From Candidatus Latescibacterota bacterium (GTDB lineage: Bacteria > Latescibacterota > UBA2968 > GCA-2709665), in contig OZ242358.1 in the NCBI GenBank assembly GCA_965208835.1, forward strand, positions 3,712,001 through 3,776,000: DNA of 64,000 nt. Direction: 5' to 3'. Shown here one piece after another: positions 20,211-29,413 of this stretch (position 1 is its first letter; every line of letters begins with the position of its first letter). Below the pieces are notes generated by a model. The model was given only the letters and a program-made list of their open reading frames with translations, was not told where the DNA came from and did no database searches. A program made the translations under genes and the position numbers.

Positions 20211-21707
20211 TCATTCTTCCGGAAATGCATTGCACCCGGGGGGCGCCTTCCAGTGACCCGCCAGATCGTGGTCCACGACGCCGGCCCACCGTCGCAACAC
20301 ACGCCGTCCCTCGGTCCGTCGCTTCAGCTTCGCCCCGATCTCGCCCCCGTGCCATCCCTCCCGGACCCGCTCCAGGAGCGCCCCCTTCACCTCCGCACAA
20401 CCCGGGTCTCTCGCCAGGTCGTTGAATTCATGGGGATCGTCGTCCAGATGGAATAACTGCGGTTCATCGAAACCATGGTAATTGTTCAATTTCCATGGTC
20501 CATGGCGGACCATCCGGCCCGGCGGTTCGTCGGCACCGCTGTAATTTTCGGAAAACACCTCATTCGACCAACCCGGCGCCCGTCCGTCGCCCTCAAGAAA
20601 ACACCTGAGGCTGCGGCCTGCAACCTCCGGCAGCGGATCTCCGCAGGCCAGGTCGATCAGCGTGGGGCCGACGTCCAGCAGGCTTGTCACGGCATCAACA
20701 CGCCGCCCCTCCCCGAAACGCCCAGGAAACGACGCGATCATGGGCACGCCGGCGGATCCCTCGTAAAAGCTGCTCTTCCACCACATCCCGTGCTCACCTG
20801 CCATCTCCCCATGGTCTGAGAGATAGATCACCGCGGTGTTGTCCGCGAACGACGTTGAAGCCAGCGTCTCCAGCAACCGTCCGATCAGACCGTCCAGGAA
20901 CGTGACGAGGCCGTAGTAGGCCGCGCGTGCCCGGCGCACCGCGTCGTCGCTCAATCCGTTGACCCCGCGCTTCTCGCGCCAGAGACGCATTGCCGGATGC
21001 AGCTCATCCAGGTAGCTTTCGGGAACGGCCGGAAGCTCCACCCGACGGTGATATTCCTCGTATAAATCTCCGGGACAGATAAACGGGCAATGCGGCAACA
21101 CAAAGCCCGTTACGAGGCAAAACGGTCGCTCGGCGCCAGTCCTGTCGCGGCTCTCAAGGAAATCACAACAGGCCTCGGTCACTGCAACGTCGTACGCCTG
21201 GTAGGCCGTACGGCCCGGTCCGGAGACTTCAACCGATTGGCGGGATTGGCCGGTCGTCCCGGTCGGAATATGTCCCAGATCGGGACCCGGACCTCCCGGT
21301 AACGGACCCGATACATCTCCAATGATGCGCTTCTCGAATCCGTGAAGCTGGTCCGGTCCGACAAAGTGCATCCTGCCGCCCAGGACCGTCTCGTATCCCG
21401 CCAGCCCCAGACCGTGTGCGAAGGTGGGAATGTCCGACCTCAGAAAACAGGAATTGGACCAGACCTCGATATCAGACGCAGGACGTCCCGTAAGAAAAGT
21501 CATCCGCGACGGCACGCAAAGCGGCGCGCCGCAATAGGTATTTTCGAACAGCACGCCCCGCCTCGCCAGCGCATCCAGGTTTGGCGTTCGGACGATTCGA
21601 TCCCCGGCACAACCCATGTACCTCCGGTTGTGCTGGTCCGACATGATCACCAGAAAATTGGGTTGGTCCGGCACAACAAGCCCCCTCGCCTCCTGTCCAT
21701 CAGTCAC
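20211..21707 (-). CDS. Cys-type sulfatase (choline-sulfatase-like)
   Basis: SDQH, CVPSR (CxPxR), G.MHF, SDHGEM.GEHG.W.K. Confidence 0.92.
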   Translation of the reverse strand: MTDGQEARGLVVPDQPNFLVIMSDQHNRRYMGCAGDRIVRTPNLDALARRGVLFENTYCGAPLCVPSRMTFLTGRPASDIEVWSNSCFLRSDIPTFAHGLGLAGYETVLGGRMHFVGPDQLHGFEKRIIGDVSGPLPGGPGPDLGHIPTGTTGQSRQSVEVSGPGRTAYQAYDVAVTEACCDFLESRDRTGAERPFCLVTGFVLPHCPFICPGDLYEEYHRRVELPAVPESYLDELHPAMRLWREKRGVNGLSDDAVRRARAAYYGLVTFLDGLIGRLLETLASTSFADNTAVIYLSDHGEMAGEHGMWWKSSFYEGSAGVPMIASFPGRFGEGRRVDAVTSLLDVGPTLIDLACGDPLPEVAGRSLRCFLEGDGRAPGWSNEVFSENYSGADEPPGRMVRHGPWKLNNYHGFDEPQLFHLDDDPHEFNDLARDPGCAEVKGALLERVREGWHGGEIGAKLKRRTEGRRVLRRWAGVVDHDLAGHWKAPPGCNAFPEE

Positions 21708-21730
21708 GTGCGTTTATTCGCACTGTCTTT

Positions 21731-22972
21731 TCAGAGACTTCCCGATCCCGAGAGCGTAACCAGCCGGATGCGATGGTTGTACGTATCCGCAATGTAAAGA
21801 AACCCGTTCGCCTCATCGAATGCGACGCCGGCCGGCCGGTTTAATGCAGCCGACGTCGCAGGACCGCCGTCGCCGCTAAACCCCGGATTCCCAGTTCCGG
21901 CCACCGTTACAATTGTACCAGAAGACAGATCGATTGCCCGGATGCGATGGTTCTTCTCATCGGCGACGTACAGACGCCCGTCCGGGCCGAACTGTATGTC
22001 GCGGGGGTTGTTCAACATCGCCTGTATCGCAGGTCCGCCGTCACCGCTGAACCCCGCGGCTCCGTTTCCGGCAACGGTATCGATACGGTCCCTTTCGAAG
22101 TCCACGCGCCGAATACGCTGGTTGAGCGTGTCGGAAATGTAGAGGTTTCCATCGGGCCCAAAAGCCAATCCGCCAGCCGGCGGAGGATTGTTGCCGGCAG
22201 GGAGTTTCAGTTGCGCCTGCAGGGGAGGACCGCCGTCGCCACTGAATCCGGTCGTGCCCGTTCCCGCCACCGTGGTAATGACGCTGTTGGCATCGATCTT
22301 CCTCACCCGCAGGTTGCGCTGATCCAGCACATACAGCGTGTTGTCGGGCGCAAGCACCGTCTGCGACGGATGGTTCAGGAGCGCGTCCTCCGCGGCACTG
22401 CCGTCGCCGGCAAACCCCGGCGTATCTCCCAGAAATACCCGTACCCTGCCGCTGACAGGATCGAAAATCCGCAGCTTGTGGTTTCGCCATGCCGTGAGCA
22501 GATAAGCCCCGCCTGACAACTGGACGAGATGGGTGGGATGACTCAGATTGACCGACCTCCCGGGCGCCCCGGGCGGGATGCGCTCGGACTGCGCGTAGGA
22601 ACCGTCGCCCATCAATCCGCTGCCGATCGCCGTCTCCAGCGTGCTATCGCCTATGGCCGCGCGGCGCACGCGATGGTTGGCCCAATCCAGAACGTAGACC
22701 CGGCCCTCGTGCGTCACCATGACGTCGACCGGCCAGTAGAAGGTGGACAGCAGCAGTACGTTTCCGTCGCCGTCCCATCCCGCGTCCCCGGTACCCGCCC
22801 AGGTGCATATCGTCCCCGGCGTATCCGAACATAGCGAAGGCGGCGCAACCGGCTCCTCGTCGTCGTCGGATTCGATCGGGTTGTCGTCACCGCACGCCGT
22901 CAGAAAACAGGCAAGCAATCCGAAGACAAACCATATGCTGCACCGCCACACACCATCAGTTCCAATCCGCAT
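21731..22972 (-). CDS. NHL-repeat beta-propeller lipoprotein
   Basis: Lipobox LTAC; repeated 'TVAG.G..GFSGDGGPA..A.LN.P' and 'LY.AD..NHRIR'. Confidence 0.88.
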   Translation of the reverse strand: MRIGTDGVWRCSIWFVFGLLACFLTACGDDNPIESDDDEEPVAPPSLCSDTPGTICTWAGTGDAGWDGDGNVLLLSTFYWPVDVMVTHEGRVYVLDWANHRVRRAAIGDSTLETAIGSGLMGDGSYAQSERIPPGAPGRSVNLSHPTHLVQLSGGAYLLTAWRNHKLRIFDPVSGRVRVFLGDTPGFAGDGSAAEDALLNHPSQTVLAPDNTLYVLDQRNLRVRKIDANSVITTVAGTGTTGFSGDGGPPLQAQLKLPAGNNPPPAGGLAFGPDGNLYISDTLNQRIRRVDFERDRIDTVAGNGAAGFSGDGGPAIQAMLNNPRDIQFGPDGRLYVADEKNHRIRAIDLSSGTIVTVAGTGNPGFSGDGGPATSAALNRPAGVAFDEANGFLYIADTYNHRIRLVTLSGSGSL

Positions 22973-23060
22973 CTTAGCTTACCCTCACACCTGGTCCCTC
23001 TTGACCGGCCTGCCGGTTCCTCCCATTACCGGCGTCGATTACCGCCGCACGTCAGGACCC

Positions 23061-24200
23061 TCAGAAGTCACTCGCACAACGAAATCCACCCTGTTCATCC
23101 GCAAGGAAAGGCGGCTCGAACCATCGAGTCGTCGTGTCGGCAAGGTCAGTGAATGCCCACGACCCTCCCCGCAATACCCGGTTTGCGCCCGTCTCACCGC
23201 CTTTGGGGTTTTCTCTTGGAGAATCACGATAATAAAAGGGGTCGAACCAGTCCTCGCACCATTCCCAGGCATTTCCTGACATATGATGCGCCCCGTATGG
23301 GCTTACGCCTTTCGGGTGGCTATCCACATCCACCGTACGTCCTACATAATGGTCGATATTCGCGAGTTCAGGGGTGGGCGTAGCCGTACCCCAGGGGTAG
23401 GGCCGCTCGTCCGTACCTCGCGCCGCCTTCTCCCACTCCGCTTCCGTGGGCAGGCGCATTCCTGCCCATTCGCAGTACGCCTTTGCGCCGTACCACGTCA
23501 CGTTCGTCACCGCCCGGTTGGCGAGGTAGAACGCTTTCAGCACGTACTCATCCTTGATGGTACGCCCCAATTCTTCGTTTTCCTCGTCTTCGTCCCCTTC
23601 GCGTCCGGCCAGTACGTCGATCGATATCCGAATATCCGCTCTTCTCGATTCCAGATTGTACAGCACGTTGTCTTCCGGGTCCCGGTTGCGATTCGCCGCG
23701 TTCTCGTAGGCGATATCCTCGTCGGTCTGCCACGGCGCGGTGCGGCCGACGATTTTGGTGTTCCGGTTCCTGTCGTTCAGAAAGGCGATGTACTGCGCAT
23801 TGTTCACCTCGTATTTGTCTATCTTGAACGCGTCAAGGTAAACGACATGCGGAGGTGCGTCAGGAACCAACCCCTGGTTGGTTCCCATTACGAAATCTCC
23901 TGCGGAAACGTCAAGAAGTTCATGCTTTACAATAGGAACCACAGGTCCATCTACCACGGTCTGTCCGAAAAATGACGCGAAAATCACAAAGTCGGGCATG
24001 TCCACCGCTCGACTGCCGTCCAGATCGTAGATCGGGTCGTCCGACTGATACGCCCGTGCGAACAGGACAAAGTCGGTCAGATCGATGGTACCACTGCCGT
24101 CAAAATCCACGTCTTCAACCGTGACCCTTTCTGCCCAGACGCGCACCGGGACAAATACGAGGCTAACGATGAATAGAAAACATAAGAGACAACGCGCCAT
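23061..24200 (-). CDS. Secreted FGE-sulfatase (SUMF1/CLec-fold) domain protein with N-terminal dockerin/EF-hand-like repeat
   Basis: Signal peptide; DFDGSG.ID..DF..F and DLDGS..VD..DF..F; RLPTEAEWEKAARG, MSGNAWEW, RGGSW, GFRCA. Confidence 0.85.
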   Translation of the reverse strand: MARCLLCFLFIVSLVFVPVRVWAERVTVEDVDFDGSGTIDLTDFVLFARAYQSDDPIYDLDGSRAVDMPDFVIFASFFGQTVVDGPVVPIVKHELLDVSAGDFVMGTNQGLVPDAPPHVVYLDAFKIDKYEVNNAQYIAFLNDRNRNTKIVGRTAPWQTDEDIAYENAANRNRDPEDNVLYNLESRRADIRISIDVLAGREGDEDEENEELGRTIKDEYVLKAFYLANRAVTNVTWYGAKAYCEWAGMRLPTEAEWEKAARGTDERPYPWGTATPTPELANIDHYVGRTVDVDSHPKGVSPYGAHHMSGNAWEWCEDWFDPFYYRDSPRENPKGGETGANRVLRGGSWAFTDLADTTTRWFEPPFLADEQGGFRCASDF

Positions 24201-24277
24201 GTACGCTTTCTCCTGCACCGGGAATTTCGGTCGAACAACAGACGACCTCCCCGGCGCGATAATTCCCGGCAATCTCC

Positions 24278-27200
24278 TCATTTCTGCACCACGAACGTCG
24301 TTTCCTTCGCAAAGGACTTTCCGCTGTTCAGGTCCGTGACTTCCACGTTCAGGTAATGTCGCCCCGATCGCGCCTCTCCGAGTTCGAGTTCCGTGTAGGC
24401 CACTTCAGACTCCTGTACGCCCAACTGCTCGTATCCAATCGCCACACCCTGTTCTCCTGATCTCCCCGTCAGCGTCTGTGCCAGCCTCGAAAGCACGCCA
24501 CCCGCTTTCGGCCCCATGGTGTACTCGACCCGGTACTGGGTCTGGCCGAACTCATCCCGCTTCAAGTTGTAGATTTCGTAATACACAAATACGTTCTGGC
24601 CCGACCCGTATGTTCGAGAGGGCATCGGTACCACGTTCAACCCATGTTTTCCGAATTTGCCGGCATCGCCGGCGGCATCGCTGACCCTGTATGCCAACTC
24701 CAGGTCGCTTACACGGAGACCCTCACGATGGTAGGATTCGACCACGACCTGCTGCCGGTATATTCCCAGCCGACCCGTCATCCTGTCCCTGGCCTTCACT
24801 TCCAGCCGGTAGACGCCGGGCGGCACTTCCAGCCTGACCACGTCCGGGAGGACCACGTCCGGTCCCGTTCGATTGCCAGGTTGCTTGTATAACACCTCCG
24901 CAGTCTTGCGGTAGACTTTGTCCGATTGGGGCGAAAGCAAAGCCAGCTGCCGGCGCACCGCGACTTGCGTGACGTTATGTTCGGGCAGGTAGTTGGTCAC
25001 GGCGCACGGTATGCCGTAGTAAATCTCCAACACACTCTTGCCGTCTCGCCCCTTGAAGTCGGCAAGTGTATAGTAAAAATCAAACTGAGATTCAGCATAT
25101 TCCGGTGTGTAGGTATCCGGAGTCATTGCAACCGCCTGCTTGAACACCTGCGCAGGCGAAAAGCGACGAAACTTCGTCACCTGCTCTATACCCAGGTCGG
25201 GCGCATCGGGCACCGGCGCAAAATCGAAGATCCGGGAGTTGAACTCATCGGTAAACGTTATCTCTATCCCTCCGTCGATATTCAGATAGACCCACGACTC
25301 CCACGGCGTGGAACCGAGGTCGGCCCCTGCGCTCAGAACCGGACTGAAACCCGATCCGGCGAAAATCTCCGTATTGATGCTGGACGGGAGGGGTCCTGTA
25401 ACCATGCTTGCGAACTCACGCTGTCCGATATCTCCGCCCTCGCCAATCGTCCCTGCCGTGCTGGAACGCTCCGTATCGTTGCGATCCGACGACGAGCCAC
25501 CGTCCCGGCTTCCCTCCGACGTCGTCATCTGCCTCAGATTCGAATCGGAACCATCCGGGTCCCCGCCCGTGAAGGCGTCACGCTCTCCCTCGATGCCCAG
25601 ATCAGCCGAAGTGCTCTCGAATCCAAGAACATCCCGCTCCAGAGCAAAATTGCGTAGGGGAAAGACAGGACCCATAAACGACGCGCCAATGGCCTCGGTG
25701 CCATACAGCTGCCTGGCCAGCCGCTCTTTCACGCGCAGCACGGGCAAGCTGTGCCGGAAATTCACCTTCCGCGAACTCGTCACGTGGTCCGGATCGCCAA
25801 ACCGCACATACACCTCGCCTCGACGGTCCCAGGGCTTCTTGCCATTGGAGAACTCCAGACTGGCATACCAGACCCTGCGGTAATGCTCCAGCAACCGCTC
25901 ATTTACCGAAGTGCCTATGTCCGGATCCCTTACGTTCCAGAAGCTTTCCAGGTAGGCTTCACGGGCAGTGCCTGACGTCCGTTCGTATTCGGCCATTTCC
26001 TCCGGCGACGCTATCAGACTGATGTCACTATAGAGTTCTCGCTGCTCCAGGTCCAGCCTTGAGATGTATGTCGAGAAAAACCCCATCGCCATATCGTATT
26101 TGTTGCGCTTCGCGCAGGCCTGCGCCACAATGGGCATCAGTTCGATTGCATCAGGGTACTCGTGCGTAAACGCCCGAACCTTCTCAAGAATCCGGTCGTA
26201 GTCCTTCACTTTCAGGTACGCATGGCCCAGCCGCCTGCCGACTTTCCGGTCGGCCGGCCTCATCGCGAGAAATCGGGTGTACCAGACAATGGCTTCCTCG
26301 TAATCCTCCATAAAGTTGGCGTACCAATCTCCCATCAGCAGATAGGCATCGGCGTATTCTGGATCCGTTTTCAGCACCCGGTCCAGCTCCGGCTTTACGT
26401 CGTGCTCGTTGAGCATATATCTCACGAGCGCGATTTTATACTGTGCATCTACAAAGTCCCGATCCCGCATCAACGCCTTTCTGAAATACGTAATGGCCTG
26501 GTAGCGCTCGTTGTGGAGTTCCATCAACACGAGGCCCATACCGTAATAGGGTTCGGGATCATTGCCTGGCAGCGCCGCTGCTTTTCTGAACGCCCATTTC
26601 GCACCCCTGTAATATTTGTCCTCCAGGAATGCATATCCCAGTTTCAGATGCGCATTCTTATCCCTGGGACGCTGGTGGGCAACGACACGGAGTGGAAAGA
26701 TCGCCTCGTCCACTTCATTTTTGTCGAGACGCGTCACACCGAGGTCGAATAGTGAATCGACCCTGGCGCGCGGCATATTCTGCGCCTGCACTGCGTAACC
26801 GCCGGGACCGCCCAGAAGATATTGCACCCGCCCCCGGTGCCAGTAACATGTCAACACGGGGCCGCCGGCATGAACTGCGGGACGGAAAGAATATCCGATG
26901 TCAGGCATGTGGGGTTCGTCGGTTGCAGGACAATGGAAGAGTTGCTTGAGTTGCGTCAGATCCCGCGCTCTCTCGGATGCGCCCAACCGCCGCTTTTCCA
27001 GTTCGACTGACGCCCATGACAGAAGTCCGCTCAGGTCTGATGTTTCTTCATTGCTGCGCACCGAGTCGAACTCTGAAATCAGATCGCCGACAACAAGCAG
27101 GCGTTCCGAGCATACTGCTTCCTTCAGTGTCTCGTCATTTTTGATTCGGCTCCGAATCGCATCGATGTAGCCCTGGCAGCTTCCTCGGGACAGACCCAGC

Positions 27201-28027
27201 GGAGCATAGGACCTGCGAATATCCTTGAAACCGCTGACGGATTCCCGGTAAGCATCCCTGGCGCCGCGGTACTCCCCACGATGCATCGCGTGATGACCAC
27301 GAACCCACCAGTTCAACGCCTGATGCACCATCAGCATTGCAGCGTCGATCTCCTTTTCGTGTGTAGGCTGCGGAGGCCTTGCGGCGCCTTTTTCGCGTGA
27401 GCTGCGCCACGCCGGCGCTTCGCCACCATCCATTCCAACATGGGACAACTTGCCGTCCACCACGGCGGCAACCGCATCCGCGTCCGCAGACCACCCTAAA
27501 GGACCGCGCACGTGTCCGCGCACAAGCAACCTGGCGCGGCCGAAGTAATCAACGGTCCACAAGCCGTTGCGATCCGTTACGGCCAGCCGAGTCCCATCCG
27601 GCGCCACCGCAAAGTCGATCGGGTCCAATTCGTCGGGCAACGGCCAGAGTGACTCCCCGGATGCCTGAATCCGCCAGATCCGATTGCGTACCAGGGGCAG
27701 ACGCCGCTGTTTTCGCGCGTCGGACGTCAGCCTGCCCAGGGGCGTGGTGCCAAACGCGACGTGATCCAACCCCCGCTCCAGATAGACAAGCCCACCGCCC
27801 GGCAGGAATCCCACGTCCCCCGGAGGACCCAGGTAGATTCCAGCACGGGTCGGCGCAGTCCCGTCGGTTCGTCCCTGCCAGATCTGCGTAAACAGGACCA
27901 TCGGCTTACCGGAAGGGATGAGCCAGACAACCCGCTCACCGTCACGCGAGTATTTAGCGGGCGGTGCGGCAAGGGCCCCCGAAGCCAGCCCGAGCAAGGC
28001 TGCTGCAATTGCAGTGTATTTCAGCAA
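24278..28027 (-). CDS. GWxTD-like domain protein with TPR repeats (1249 aa)
   Basis: FW..RDPD..T.VNE...EHYRRV.Y....F and PWDRRGEVYVRFG.PD; TPR-like helical repeats; signal peptide; TTG start after GGAGG. Confidence 0.75.
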   Translation of the reverse strand: MLKYTAIAAALLGLASGALAAPPAKYSRDGERVVWLIPSGKPMVLFTQIWQGRTDGTAPTRAGIYLGPPGDVGFLPGGGLVYLERGLDHVAFGTTPLGRLTSDARKQRRLPLVRNRIWRIQASGESLWPLPDELDPIDFAVAPDGTRLAVTDRNGLWTVDYFGRARLLVRGHVRGPLGWSADADAVAAVVDGKLSHVGMDGGEAPAWRSSREKGAARPPQPTHEKEIDAAMLMVHQALNWWVRGHHAMHRGEYRGARDAYRESVSGFKDIRRSYAPLGLSRGSCQGYIDAIRSRIKNDETLKEAVCSERLLVVGDLISEFDSVRSNEETSDLSGLLSWASVELEKRRLGASERARDLTQLKQLFHCPATDEPHMPDIGYSFRPAVHAGGPVLTCYWHRGRVQYLLGGPGGYAVQAQNMPRARVDSLFDLGVTRLDKNEVDEAIFPLRVVAHQRPRDKNAHLKLGYAFLEDKYYRGAKWAFRKAAALPGNDPEPYYGMGLVLMELHNERYQAITYFRKALMRDRDFVDAQYKIALVRYMLNEHDVKPELDRVLKTDPEYADAYLLMGDWYANFMEDYEEAIVWYTRFLAMRPADRKVGRRLGHAYLKVKDYDRILEKVRAFTHEYPDAIELMPIVAQACAKRNKYDMAMGFFSTYISRLDLEQRELYSDISLIASPEEMAEYERTSGTAREAYLESFWNVRDPDIGTSVNERLLEHYRRVWYASLEFSNGKKPWDRRGEVYVRFGDPDHVTSSRKVNFRHSLPVLRVKERLARQLYGTEAIGASFMGPVFPLRNFALERDVLGFESTSADLGIEGERDAFTGGDPDGSDSNLRQMTTSEGSRDGGSSSDRNDTERSSTAGTIGEGGDIGQREFASMVTGPLPSSINTEIFAGSGFSPVLSAGADLGSTPWESWVYLNIDGGIEITFTDEFNSRIFDFAPVPDAPDLGIEQVTKFRRFSPAQVFKQAVAMTPDTYTPEYAESQFDFYYTLADFKGRDGKSVLEIYYGIPCAVTNYLPEHNVTQVAVRRQLALLSPQSDKVYRKTAEVLYKQPGNRTGPDVVLPDVVRLEVPPGVYRLEVKARDRMTGRLGIYRQQVVVESYHREGLRVSDLELAYRVSDAAGDAGKFGKHGLNVVPMPSRTYGSGQNVFVYYEIYNLKRDEFGQTQYRVEYTMGPKAGGVLSRLAQTLTGRSGEQGVAIGYEQLGVQESEVAYTELELGEARSGRHYLNVEVTDLNSGKSFAKETTFVVQK

Positions 28028-28106
28028 ACGTCCCTCCGGAACCTACCGATGTCCGAATAGCGAAGCGGGCGGAACAGCGACAAGGAATGCCATAAAGATA
28101 CGAAAG

Positions 28107-29333
28107 TTATCCCCTGTCGAACAACCCTTCTGTTGCAATCACTTCCAATGCCTCGCCCATCGCATGGACGGCGTCGTCAATATCCGCTTCGGTATGCGAG
28201 AGATTGGTATAGCAGACCGAATAGATGATGATCCCACGCTTAAACAGCTCCTCGTTGAACCTGAGAAACTGCCCGGCCGCGTTCGGATGATCGAATACCA
28301 GCTGTCCGACCGGATGGGCTCCCACGAAACGCGTCGGCAGGCCCAATCTCTCACTGAACTCATTGAAGCCTTCGTGAAGCTGTTCGCCGCGCTTCCACAG
28401 CGTTCCGATCACATCTTCGCGTTCGTACACGTCCAGAACGGCCCGAGCCGCGGCGAGACCCAGCGTATCCCCTCCAAACGTGGACGACACAACGCAATCC
28501 TTCACCGTCTCCATTACATCGGCTTTTCCCACGAAACATGATAGAGGCACGCCGTTCGACAGGCCCTTTGCAAACACCGCCAGGTCGGGAACCACCCCGA
28601 AATACTCCTGCGCACCCGCCCGCCTCAGCCGGAACCCGGTAACGATCTCATCGAAGATGAGGACGGCACCGTGTTGCTCCGTCAGCACACGCAATTTCCT
28701 CAGAAAGGAACGCCCCTGTTCGACTTCCGCATATGCGCAGGCCACGCTTACGGCCGCAATCTCACCCGCAGAAGCTTCGAAAACCTCTGCATACGGCCCA
28801 ATGTCGCCCCACGGCATCGCGATGTACGTCTTGCGCGTCGCCTCCGGCACTCCGCCCCGAGCCATCGTGTTGACCCAGCCGTGATACCCGCAGGTCAGGA
28901 TGAGCTCCCGTTCCGTAAACGCCCTCGCAAGCCGGTGCGCGGCCGCCATTGCCTCGCCGCCCGTCTTCAGGAATCGGACCCGTTCCGCGCAGGGCAACAC
29001 TTCGACCAGCCGCTGTGCGACCTCGATTTCCAACGGGTGGGGATAGCTGAATATGATACCGCTTTCGAGTTGCTTCCGGACGGCCTCATCCACCTCCGGA
29101 AACCGGTACCCCAGGGTGATGGGTCCCAGCCCGTTCCTGAAATCGATATATTCGTTACCATCGGCGTCCCACACCCGGCATCCATCGCCCCGAACCAGGT
29201 AGCAGGGCTCCACTCCTCGAAGCGCCTCTCTCGGGGCCTTGGAATGGGTCTGCGTGCCCAGGGGGATAACCTTCTGCGCCGCGTCATACAGCTCCCACGA
29301 GCGGGCGACCGATCGCTCAACCGCCGTTTCCAT
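28107..29333 (-). CDS. Aminotransferase class III (glutamate-1-semialdehyde aminomutase-like)
   Basis: WD.DGNEYID, KTGGEA, GYHGW, LIFDEIVTGFR, FAKGLSNG, STFGG. Confidence 0.88.
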   Translation of the reverse strand: METAVERSVARSWELYDAAQKVIPLGTQTHSKAPREALRGVEPCYLVRGDGCRVWDADGNEYIDFRNGLGPITLGYRFPEVDEAVRKQLESGIIFSYPHPLEIEVAQRLVEVLPCAERVRFLKTGGEAMAAAHRLARAFTERELILTCGYHGWVNTMARGGVPEATRKTYIAMPWGDIGPYAEVFEASAGEIAAVSVACAYAEVEQGRSFLRKLRVLTEQHGAVLIFDEIVTGFRLRRAGAQEYFGVVPDLAVFAKGLSNGVPLSCFVGKADVMETVKDCVVSSTFGGDTLGLAAARAVLDVYEREDVIGTLWKRGEQLHEGFNEFSERLGLPTRFVGAHPVGQLVFDHPNAAGQFLRFNEELFKRGIIIYSVCYTNLSHTEADIDDAVHAMGEALEVIATEGLFDRG

Positions 29334-29413
29334 GATTTACCTCCGGAAGAAATTCATATCCAGGTCTCCAACCCAAGACAATTGAGTCCATCGTTACACC
29401 CGCACACGGTGGG

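Noticed and set aside
19884-20211. Short ORFs between CocE and the sulfatase
   Set aside because: No RBS or motif support; they overlap the sulfatase 3' end
23061-23200. Possible diversity-generating retroelement target (CLec/FGE C-terminus)
   Set aside because: No template repeat copy and no reverse transcriptase seen in the window
28107-29333. hemL assignment
   Set aside because: Same family, but no tetrapyrrole context and the N-terminal motif differs; left as class III aminotransferase
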